Assembly: GCA_964016885.1 (NCBI GenBank)
Contig: OZ024751.1
Coordinates: 310,001-374,000, forward strand
Direction of reading: 5' to 3'
Origin: Eledone cirrhosa
Taxonomy: Eukaryota
DNA: 64,000 bases
The notes under the pieces were generated by a model, which was not told where the DNA came from, ran no database searches, and was given only the letters and a program-made list of their open reading frames with translations. This document shows, piece after piece, positions 11,340 to 21,354 of the stretch. Numbering within the stretch: the first letter of the stretch is position 1; every line of letters starts with the position of its first letter. The translations under genes and the position numbers were made by a program.

Positions 11340-11595
11340 GAACAACAACAACAACAGCCGCCAGCATCAGCATCACCACCACCACCACCACCACCACCAC
11401 CACCGCCGCCATCGTCGTTGTTCACATCATATTACCACCACCACCACAGACCACTATCACCACTACCACACACCACCATCACCATCGCCACCATCACCAC
11501 ACACCACCACCATCACTACCACCCCCACATCACCACTACCACACACGACCACCACCATCCCCCTTACCACCACCCCACCACCATCACCATGGTGA
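11340..11595. repeat. (CAC/CAT/CAA)n imperfect trinucleotide repeat
   Basis: Directly visible. Confidence 0.9.
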
Positions 11596-11721
11596 CCAAT
11601 GCCATGTCTGAGATCCAAGCTAAAACTTATCTCCAAGTGAGATTACAGAATCCTGCTTGAAACAGTTGATATCCCAACAGCTGATATCACATGGTGTGGT
11701 ACTGGGTAGAATAGGGGGAGA

Positions 11722-12797
11722 TGTGGTGGTGGTGGTGGTGGTGGCGGTGATGATGGTGGGAGTGTTGGTTGTGGTGGTAGTAGTGGTGGTGTTGGTGGCA
11801 GTGGTGGTTGTGGCAGTGGTGGTTGTGGCAGTGGTGGTGGTGGTGGGAGTGTTGGTTGTGGTGGTAGTAGTGGTGGTGTTGGGGGTTGTGGCAGTGGTGG
11901 TGGTGGAAGTGTTGGTTGTGGTGGTGGTGGTGGTTGTGGTGGTGGCAGTGGTGGTGGTTGTAGCAGTGGTGGTGGTGGTGGTGGCGTTAGTGGTTGGTTG
12001 TGGTGGTAGTAGTGGTGGTGTTAGTGGCAGTGGTGGTGGTGGTTGTGGCAGTGGTGGTGGGAGTGTTGGTTGTGGTGGTAGTAGTGGTGGTGTTGGTGGT
12101 TGTGGCAGTGGTGGTAGTGGTGGTTGTGGCAGTGGTGGTGGGAGTGTTGGTTGTGGTGGTAGTAGTGGTGGTGTTGGGGGTTGTGGCAGTGGTGGTGGTG
12201 GTTGTGGTGGTGGCAGTGGTGGTGGTTGTAGCAGTGGTGGTGGTGGTGGTGGCGTTAGTGGTTGGTTGTGGTGGTAGTAGTGGTGGTGTTGGTGGCAGTG
12301 GTGGGAGTGTTGGTTGTGGTGGTGGTGTTGGTTGTGGTGGTAGTAGTGGTGGTGGTTGTGGCAGTGGTGGTGGTGGTGGTGGTGGCGTTAGTGGTCGGTT
12401 GTGGTGGTAGTAGTGGTGGTGTTGGTGGCAGTGGTGGTGGTGGTTGTGGCAGTGGTGGTGGTGGCGTTGGTGATGGTGGGAGTGTTGGTTGTGGTGGTAG
12501 TAGTGGTGGTGGTTGTGGCAGTGGTGGTGGTGGTTGTGGCAGTGGTGGTGGTGGTAGTGGCGTTAGTGGTTGGTTGTGGTGGTAGTAGTGGTGGTGTTGG
12601 TGGCAGTGGTGGTGGTGGTTGTGGCAGTGGTGATGGTGGCGTTGGTGATGGTGGGAGTGTTGGTTGTGGTGGTAGTAGTGGTGGTGTTGTTGGCAGTGGT
12701 GGTGGTGGTTGTGGCAGTGGTGATGGTGGCGTTGGTGAGAGTGTTGGTTGTGGTGGTAGTAGTGGTGGTGGTGATGGTGACAGTGGTGGTAGTGGTG
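11722..12797. repeat. (GTG)n-derived imperfect repeat with longer recurring units
   Basis: The unit gggagtgttggttgtggtggtagtagtggtggtgttggtggcagtgg recurs many times. Confidence 0.92.
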
Positions 12798-12960
12798 TAT
12801 AACAGAGATACATGACAGCCCCCACCACCACCATAAGGTAAGGGACATTTACGGGGGTGGGGCAGTAGAGCAAGAATCACATGAGGTGATACATGAGACA
12901 CTTTCAAAAATTATATTTGAATATTATTTTATTCATCTCAGTGGAGAAATAAGCATTTCT

Positions 12961-12993
12961 ATGTATATATGTGTGTGTGTGCATATATATATG

Positions 12994-13034
<41 letters not shown>

Positions 13035-13478
13035 ATATATATATGTATATATGTGTGTGTGTGTGCATGTATATATGTGTGTGTGTGCATATATATATGT
13101 ATATATGTGTGTGTATGTGCATATATATATGTATATATGTGTGTGTGCATATATATATGTATATATGTGTGTGTGTGTGCATATATATATGTATATATGT
13201 GTGTGTATGTGCATATATATATGTATATATGTGTGTGCATATATATATGTATATATGTGTGTGTGTGCATATATATATGTATATATGTGTGTGTGTGTGT
13301 GCATATATATATGTATATATGTGTGTGTGTGTGCATATATATATATGTATATATGTGTGTGTGCATATATATATGTATGTATGTGTGTGTATGTGCATAT
13401 ATATATGTATATATGTGTGTGTGTGTGCATATATATATGTATATATGTGTGTGTGTGCATATATATATGTATATATAT
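12961..13478. repeat. Compound (TG)n-GCAT-(AT)n minisatellite
   Basis: Repeating unit gcatatatatatgtatatat(gt)n. Confidence 0.95.
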
Positions 13479-13492
13479 CAGGATGGATTCAG

Positions 13493-13683
13493 TTAGAAAC
13501 TGCTCAGCAGAGTATTTGATCGGGACCCCGATGGCTGAGCTCTTGCCATTTCATCAGTTAGTTCCAGCATCTTGAACTAGCTGTTGAAATGGCAAGAGCT
13601 CAGCCGATGGGGTCCCAACTCTTTATAATATAACCATACTCTACTACCCCAAGTATCGAATACTCTGTTCAGTAATGGTCTAA
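13493..13683. repeat. Foldback (inverted repeat) element; right arm homologous to about 558-680
   Basis: Inner arms 13522-13564 and 13574-13616, outer arms 13493-13520 and 13655-13683. ggcaagagctcagcc...atactctacta...tactctgtt.agtaatggtctaac is shared with 570-664. Confidence 0.8.
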
Positions 13684-13772
13684 CCTGTTTCAAACTATAT
13701 ACATATATATATGCGTGTGTATGTATGTGTGTGTACATAAACGTATATGTCTGTGCATGTGTCTATATATAT

Positions 13773-14117
13773 ATGGAGGCACATGGCTTAGTGGTTAGAG
13801 CATTGGCCTTGCAATCGAAAGGTTGAGAGTTCAATTCTCAGACCGGGTGATGTGTTGTTCCCTTGAGCAAGCCACTTTATTTCACATTGCTCCAGTTTAC
13901 TCAGCTGTAGAAATGAGATGATAGGGACTGGGGTCCCTATCATTCCACTGCAAAGTGGTCGTGTAGGCGCCACGGAAAAAAAGGCACCCAGCACTCACTG
14001 TAAATGAGGTTGGTGTTAGGAAGGGCATCCAGCTGTAGAAATCAAGCCAGAATCAGTTCCCGCCCCACCCTTGCAAGCAGGGAAAAGCGAACGTAAAATG
14101 ATGATGATGATGATGAT
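13773..14117 (+). mobile_element. tRNA-derived CORE-type SINE with RTE-like tail, full length
   Basis: A box TGGCTTAGTGG, B box GAGTTCAATTC, CORE-like segment at 13850-13917 and a (GAT)n tail. Inserted in a TA run. Confidence 0.9.
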
Positions 14118-14174
14118 ATATATAGTGAAATAAGATAAAGATGACTGGTTACTCCTTCATTACGTTTATTGGCT

Positions 14175-14259
14175 GGTGACGCGCGTTTCGCCACTGACCA
14201 GCTCAAGGTTCAATCTGTATCGATCTGACCCGACTCTGTAATCCGCGGCTCGTCAGACC
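14175..14259 (-). ncRNA. Type I hammerhead ribozyme with long stem II (Penelope-like element type)
   Basis: Minus strand reads GGT-CTGACGA-GCCGC...GTGGC-GAAAC-GCGC-GTC|ACC, then AATAAA at 14165-14170. Palindromic GCGC loop III. Confidence 0.78.
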
Positions 14260-14264
14260 CCTTG

Positions 14265-15752
14265 TAATCATCATAATCATCATCATCATCGTTTAACGTC
14301 TATCTTCCACGCTAGCATGGGTTTAGACGGGAATTGTCCCACTTGAGGCAAGATTGGTTGTCTTGCTCGTATAGGAGTGTCTGGCAGGTTTTCTAACACT
14401 GAACGCCCTTCCTAACACCAACCACGTTTACAGTGTGGACTGGGAGGATTTTACCGTGTTACCTACACGGCCACATTACAGTGTGGACTGTGTGTTTTTT
14501 TTTTTTTGTTGTGACATCTACACGACCTCATTTATTTAGGACTGGATGTTGTGGTACCAACATAAGTTAACACAGAAAAGAGTGGCGTTGATGGCGGTGG
14601 GGGGTGGAGTGGGGTAGTGGGATGAGGTGTATATTTGGTTAAGAGGTACCTACTGACAGTGGGTTTCGCTTTGTACATAGGCAAGGCGGGTCTTCTGTAT
14701 TACTGCGTAGCACCAAAGATCTCGGTCCAGTGACATTTCTTCGAAAGGTGTAAGTGAGTGTGTAAGGTCGGAATTTATCAGATCGTCCCAGGTTTTTCTG
14801 GGTCTACCTACTCCGTAACTTCCATCAATTTTGATCGCCCTGCACTTTTTTATACAGCTGTCGTCTTTCATGCGCATCACGTGACCATATCAAAGCAGTC
14901 TTCTCTTGAGTAAACAGCATCTGATCCCTCTTATTCCTAATTTCTCACTTAGTTCATTTATGCTTTGCCCGTCACGTATATTACTATTACACATCCAACG
15001 GAGCATGCATGCTTCGTTCCTTGCCAGTCTGCACAGATCCTCTGCACACAATGCCCATGTCTCATTGCAACATAACATTGCTGTTCGTATGCAGGCATCA
15101 TACAATTTGCCTTTCATTTTTAGAGAGAAACCTTTAGTGGCCAATAGTGGTATAAGCTCTCTGAACTTTTTCCATCCCGTTCTGACTCTGGCTACTGTAC
15201 TTTCAGAGCACCCTCCACCACTGCTGATTTTGTCACCCAGGTAACGGAAAGTGTCCACTATTTCTATAGAACCATCTGGGCAATAGGAGCTAGTATCCTG
15301 TGGGCACTTGCTACTTATTGCACCTGAGCACCGGCCACATATAAAGTCTACGTTCTTAGATAGCTTACCTGTGATCCCACTACATCTTTTATGCACCCAT
15401 ACTTTGCATTTGGGACATAAAATGGAATTTCTGCCTACTCCTTTCCTACACACTGAGCATGGCCATTTCTCAGAGGGGACCTGTGCCCTATTTTCCTTCC
15501 TACATACAAGAACTTTAGTCTTAGACAAGTTAACTTTAAGGCCTTTTGATTCTAGGCCATGCTTCCATGTTTGGAATTTCTTCTCTAGTTCAGCCATCGA
15601 TTCAGCGTATAGAATTCATCTGCATATAGAAGTTCCCATGGGCAGCTGGTCTTGAACTCCTCTGTATAGCCTGAAGAGCAATAATAAATAGGAGGGGGCT
15701 AAGGACAGAGCCCTGATGAACACCAACTTTTACATTAAATTCTTCACTATAT
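14265..15752 (-). mobile_element. 5'-truncated, frameshifted RTE-clade LINE (C-terminal half of RT, 3' UTR and (GAT)n tail)
   Basis: Motifs GVHQGSVLSPLLF, ELLYADE (the YADD position, after a frameshift), GLKVNLSKTKV, FRYLG, ARVRTGWKKFREL and GRPRKTW, followed by a 3' UTR ending in GAT repeats. Confidence 0.92.
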
Positions 15753-15766
15753 TCGGGGGGGGGGGG

Positions 15767-16945
15767 AATAAGTTGGTGGTTCTGGTCGCAGGTTGAAGTG
15801 GGTGGTGGTGTGGGGGTGCTGATTGTTGGTAGACAGTTTGGCATGTAGCTGTGGCTAATTTTTGTGTGTGTTCTGGGTGTGGTGTTGATTGTGATAAGGA
15901 TGAAAGGTTGCGGCATTTATGGTGGTGTGATGATTGTGGTTGTGAGTTGTTAAGGAGGCTCAATTCCATAAGGAGATACATATACAGACACACGTAGTCT
16001 GACAAAAATATATTGTAAATATTATGTCGCACCCATCACCCCCACCACCACCAAACACATCGCCATACATCCCACATCTCAGTATCATTGTGTTCTATGT
16101 GTCTTCTCTGTCAGGTTTTAACTTGTAACACATCGTAACATCCAATCCTGTAAATATCATGTCGAACAAATCACCCCACCACCACCACCAAACACATCGC
16201 CATACATCCACCATCCCTCATTTCAGTACCTTTGTTTTCTCCGTGCTCCCTGTGTCACTTTTTAACCTGTAATCCATCGTAAAATTCGATCCTGTAAATA
16301 TCATGTCGCACCCATCACCACCACCAAGCACATCGCCATACTTTCACAACCATCAACATCACCAGCATATACCATGTCTATCATCCCTCCCTAAACAACG
16401 CATGTGTGTGTGTCTGTGTGTAAGTATGTTTGTACAACCGCCATCCCCACTGGCTATATATATACACATATGTATACAATATATTTGTCAGACTACGTGT
16501 GTCTATATATGTATCTCCTTATGGAATGGAGCCCCCTTAACAACTCACAACCACAATATTCACACCACCATAAACACCGCAACCTTTCATCCTTACAACA
16601 ATCAACAACACCACCCCCACACTACACACAAAAATCAGCCTCAGCTACATGCCAAACTATCTACCAACAACCAGCACCCCCACACCACCACCCACTTCAA
16701 CCTGGCACCACCAACTTATCACCACACCCACCCCCACACACACTACAGGCAAAAACATCCCTATGAATTAATCCACCAATCAAAACAAACTTTACTGACC
16801 ACCATAGGAACTTCTGACTTTATCACACAGCATGTATTCATTTTTCCATTACAAGGGGTCTGACGAGCCGTGGTTACAGAGTCAGGTCAGATCAATACAG
16901 ATCGAACCTTGAGCTGATCAGTGACGAAACGTGATTCACTCTATG
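15767..16945. mobile_element. Penelope-like pLTR remnant in inverted arrangement (left arm continues at about 14130-14265, beyond the LINE)
   Basis: 15767-16015 is the reverse complement of about 16475-16722, and 14185-14268 of 16848-16930. A degenerate hammerhead copy lies at 16855-16941. Three tandem subrepeats tgtaaatat(c/t)atgtcg.. occur at about 16014, 16149 and 16293. Confidence 0.65.
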
Positions 16946-17039
16946 TTGTCAGCATCTCTATGGATTTGAACACTGGTTTACACATACAAACACACAGTTA
17001 TATATAATTATCTATATCTATATAGCCGCCATGTCTATG

Positions 17040-17330
17040 AAGGTGGGTGGCCTAATGGTTAGGATTTGATATTTATCATTGTAACATCATGGGTTCAATT
17101 CTTGGACTAGGTAGCCGATTGTGTTCTTGGGCAAAATACTTCATTTCACATTGCTCCAGTCCACTCAGAATAAAATGAGTGCCAACAGTTGCTGAGGTTC
17201 TAACCCTGCAATAGACTGGCCTCCTGTCCAGCGGTATGGGGTTTCTTGTACTCCCAGTCACTTAATGTCCTTGAAACCTGGGTAAGCATTGGCCTGATGT
17301 ATCTTGGAACTTAGGACAGATTTTCACTTT
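17040..17330 (+). mobile_element. Diverged CORE-type SINE
   Basis: gtggcctaatggttagg...gggttcaattc...tgtgttcttgggcaaaatacttcatttcacattgctccagtccactcag. Confidence 0.75.
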
Positions 17331-17364
17331 TTAATGGAAGCAGTGAATAAAAAAGTTAACTTAC

Positions 17365-17425
17365 CTGTGAGCCACATTAAATAGTCATAGTTCGAGTCAC
17401 TGGTATCTGTACCTTCCTTGGGTTT
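17365..17425 (-). CDS. SLC35B4: SLC35B4 internal exon (61 bp; KPKEGTDTSDSNYDYLMWLT-G)
   Basis: Acceptor tttgtag and donor CAG|gtaagt. 20 codons plus 1 nt bridge the flanking exons in frame. Corresponds to the variable loop ending in WWLLG in human (recalled). Confidence 0.85.
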
Positions 17426-17595
17426 CTACAAATAATACAAAATAGACATATAAACACATTGATGTCTAAAACATCTAGTTTGGCCCATTAGCATTTATAT
17501 TACTTTATACTTACTATTGTGTTTTCATGGTAAACACTTTATTTCACATAATTATCTCACATAATATTGAATCTATGAGATTTTTATATTATTTA

Positions 17596-18730
17596 CTAGC
17601 AGCAGTACCCAGCGTTGCCTGGGTAGGTAAAATAATATCTGCTTTGATGAAAAGGTGTTGATCTTAGCGACTGCTTCTCTATGACTCATCTATGGCCACA
17701 CACAGGCCATGCAGGGGAGGGTGGTGATGACCTCTATCAATGAGAAACGCGGGTGACTGACGAAGGGGCATGCTGGGGGAGGGAGGTAATGACCTTAACA
17801 CTAAGCCAAATTTCCTCACGCTACTTGATTGGAAACCGATGAATTCTCAAATACACAACTAAAAGCTCACACGACGTCAGTGGTCATCGTTTTGCCTTTG
17901 ACCATCTATAAGATGTGCAATGATAGGTTCTATCGTAGTATAAAAGTTGAACCAAATAAATTGATTTATGTGTGAGGTGGAGCCGAAGTTTCGAATTTGA
18001 ACGAAATCGGTTGAAAAATGTGGGAGCTAATGATAGGTCGCTGTCGCTGAACAAAAAATGCAAAGTGTAAAGCTACTATAAGATGTGCAATGATAGGTTC
18101 TATCGTAGTATAAAAGTTGAACCAAATAAATTGATTTATATGTGAGGTGGAGCCGAAGTTTCGAATTTGAACGAAATCGGTTGAAAAATGTGGGAGCTAG
18201 AGCTGAAAAGGCGGAAATTTGAGAGAAAAGGTGGTTATTTTTGAATATTTAAGCAGCTCCCACGCCGTTCCTGAACAAAAAATCCAAAATATAAAGCCAC
18301 TTTAAGACGTGAAATAATCAGATCTAGCGTAGTGCAAAATTTAAACAAAGTAGGTTGATTAATGTGGGAGCTAAAGCCGAAAAAGTGGAAATTTGAGTCT
18401 AAAAGTGGTAATTTTGAATATTTAAGTGGCTGCCACGCCGTCCCTGAACAACAAATGCAAAATAAAAAGCCATTACAGGATGTGCAATGATAAATTCTAT
18501 TTTGCTTTAAAATTTGAACAAAATCGGTAGCAAAATGTGGGAGCTAGAGCCAAAAATCTTATTTTTCGATACCTAAAAAAAGGTGACCCCCTATTGATTT
18601 TTATCTGCAGAATGACCCCGGAATAAAAAGAAAAACGATACGCTGATATATAGAAAACACTCCCCGATGACTAATCTATGAGCCTGTAAAGTTTAATAAA
18701 TATAAGCAACCGGTTATGGATGGTTTGAAC
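17596..18730 (-). mobile_element. Non-autonomous Helitron-like element with internal ~171-bp tandem repeats
   Basis: The minus-strand 3' end has the hairpin ACCCAGgcaacgCTGGGT (17607-17624) followed by CTAG|T. Near-identical units start at about 17906 and 18077, with degenerate units to about 18560. The 5' boundary is uncertain. Confidence 0.7.
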
Positions 18731-19321
18731 AGAAAGATGTGGGAGAATTCTGGTCGGATACGGTCAGTTTAAATGCTAAAGGGTTAATGTCCAGTCCTAG
18801 GTCCTGGGTTCATATCTCACTGGAGGGAGAAAAACAGCAGGAGAACAGCTAGGTGTCATTCATACTCTGGGTGGGCCCATCTCCCTTAAAGTGTTAAGAA
18901 GAATCAAGGGCTGAAACATTTGCTTGATGGGAGTTTTCTTCTGAAGAACCTCCTGCTGTCCGCTTGCCTTGTCACAACTCTCCACCTACTGTCCAGTCAC
19001 AATTGTAATAGCAAAGGAATGCAGCTGCCTTCATAGTGGTTAGAGTGTTGGGCTTATAATCATAATGTTATCATCATCATATTGTTAACATCCATTTTTC
19101 CATGCTAGCATTGGTTAGATGGGCTGTCCCATTTGAGGCAAGTTGGGTCAGATTGTAGTGAAACCTGTCCATACCTCGAGCCCTGGGTGACACCTAAAGT
19201 TATTCGAGTTATTTCTTCTAACGATAACTACTCACCGTGCTTTGCTTCAATTGGTGACCCGACTTTAGAACACACAGTTTTCTGAGCCATCTATATTTAC
19301 CAATGATAATCACACAACAAT

Positions 19322-19492
19322 ATGGAACAATCACCAGCATCATCGTCCGTACAAGCAGCAATATCCCTGCGGATACCGACATTCTGGCCTCATGATCCTA
19401 CCATTTGGTTCAGATTCATCGAGGCCCAATTTGAGACGCACCATATTTCGGCAGGCAGGACCAAAATTTCCTATGTTGTCGGGACACTGTAA
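19322..19492 (+). pseudogene. Gypsy gag N-terminal remnant (MEQSPASSSVQAAISLRIPTFWPHDPTIWFRFIEAQFETHHISAGRTKISYVVGTL*)
   Basis: L..P.FWP.DP..WF...EAQF...TK..YVV..L motif, typical of Gypsy gag N-termini. Confidence 0.8.
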
Positions 19493-20001
19493 AAGAAAGA
19501 CTTGGTTTTACGCCGGCTGAGCTGGTTTATGGCACGACATTGGTATTACCCGGGCAAATGATTGCCCCCGAGTCTAAATACCCAGCAGATCCAATGAACT
19601 ATATCCATCGCCTGCGGACCTACATGGCAAACCTGCCATCGGTTTCCCCGCACCCTCAAAGCATCACTACGCAAATTCCATCCGACCTACAGCAATGGAC
19701 ACACGTTTTTGTCAGAAGGGACACTATCAGGGCTCCTTTGGAACCACCATACTCGGGGCTCTACTAAGTACTCAAAAGGACACCCAAGCATTTCATTTTG
19801 GACATTAATGGAAGGAGGGATGCTGTTAGTGTCGACCGATTAAAAAAAGCTCATGTGGATTTTGATGAACCCTCATCATCAGATCAAGTTAACCCAACAC
19901 CAGTGCTCCCATTTACCGACAATCCAAACTCTATGCCAACAGCAAGCACTAGATCTGGCCGACGTGTGTACAGGCCATCTCGCTATGCTCAATATGGCTA
20001 G
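19486..20001 (+). pseudogene. Gypsy integrase C-terminal remnant with an in-frame stop
   Basis: TVKERLGFTPAELVYGTTLVLPG...HVFVRRD..RAPLEPPYSGLY*VL...VSVDRLK...TRSGR (GPY/F region). Confidence 0.85.
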
Positions 20002-21019
20002 TAACATTCCTCATTTCATCGATAATTTGTTCATTTAATTGTTTACTGGTCTTATCTTATAAAGAACATATAACAAAAAAATGTAACGGTTAAAATTTAA
20101 AGAAAAAAAAAAATCTATATCTGGAGATGTTAAAAAAAATTAAGTTGTGATGGAAACTTTATGGACATGAACAACAACTAGTGTGTAGGAGAGAAACAGA
20201 GTTGAACTAATATAAACTTTTTCTTTTTTCTCCTTGGCCACAACCTGTCTCGTATATGTGTGTCTATACACCCACATGTTTGCTCTGACTATGTATATAT
20301 ATATGTGCCAAGCGTGTGTATATAATGGTGAATTTATCCTGTTTTTCTCCTCTCTTTTTGTCTTATATATATATTTTTGTTTTGTTTTTTCTCTTTCTCT
20401 TTCACTAACTTTTCGATTATCGATCGCCGCTCCCGCATCGATCTAGGCAGGGAACTAATGTAGCGAAACCTGTCCACACCTCGAACCCTGGGTGACACCT
20501 AAAGGTCAAATTCTAGGTCACCACCCTTTTGGCGTAAACAATTGATGTGTGGGCAATCTCTCGAGGCAGGGGCAGGAAGCTGGTGATATAAATAGCCGGT
20601 ACCAAGAGAGAGAGAATTCAATCACCACAAGAACTACTACCACTGACTGCAACGAGCAACAAACATTGTCTGGTCACTCGCTGTTTTCACATCAACAACA
20701 AAATAACATTGTCAACCTTTGTGACTCGTGGTAACTTATTTGTTACTCTTTTTGATTGAAGTGGAGTAAATTTTATATCAAAAGTAAACTAGTTATTTGA
20801 GTTATTTCTTCTAACGATAGCTACTAACCGTGCTTCGCTTCAAGATTACCATGTCTTCCTCATACAAAACTGTTTCTGGCTTGGTTTCTAGGGCTGGATC
20901 CCCTTCCTAACACCAACCACATTTACAGTGAGTACTGGGTGCTTTTTTCATGATGCCTACATGACCACTTTACAGTGTGGACTGGATGCCTTTTGTTGTG
21001 ATGCCAACATGACAACTTT

Positions 21020-21270
21020 GCAATGTCATGGGTTCAATTCCTAGACCAGGTTGCATGCTGTGTTCTTGCGCAAAACCATTTCATTTCATGTTGCCCCACT
21101 CCACTCAGCTGCAAATGAGTATCAGCAGTAACTGGAGGTTAAGCTTCTGATGGACTGGCATCCTTTCAGGAAGCAGGGGTGGGGAGCTTGTATCTTTAGT
21201 CACTTAAAGCCAATAAAACTGGAATAAACCTCACCCTGATGAGCCTCCAGACTTGGAACAGACATTAACT
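21020..21270 (+). mobile_element. 3' part of a CORE-type SINE whose head lies at about 19020-19070
   Basis: The head (tagtggttagagtgttgggcttataatcataatgt) continues into catgggttcaattcctagacc...tgtgttcttgcgcaaaac once the nested inserts are removed. Confidence 0.65.
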
Positions 21271-21354
21271 TATATTAACTTTCATTGTCATGGTAACCAA
21301 GTGCATGTGGGTGTGGTGTACCAAGTGGGTATGGATATCATCTGTTAGGTTAAT

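Larger units (their letters stand above)
19154..20842 (+). mobile_element. Internally deleted Gypsy (Ty3) LTR retrotransposon
   Basis: TG...CA LTRs at 19154-19249 (internally deleted) and 20459-20842, AGAT target-site duplication on both sides, PBS TGGTGACCCGAC (tRNA-Trp-like) at 19252 and purine tract aggcagggaa before the 3' LTR. Confidence 0.92.

Noticed and set aside
11204-13575. Poly-V, G, T, P, H and CVYI-repeat ORFs
   Set aside because: These are translations of microsatellites. Only 11203-11312 on the minus strand is a real exon.
13773-13850. tRNA gene
   Set aside because: A and B boxes are present, but the sequence continues into the CORE domain and tail and recurs as dispersed copies, so it is a SINE head.
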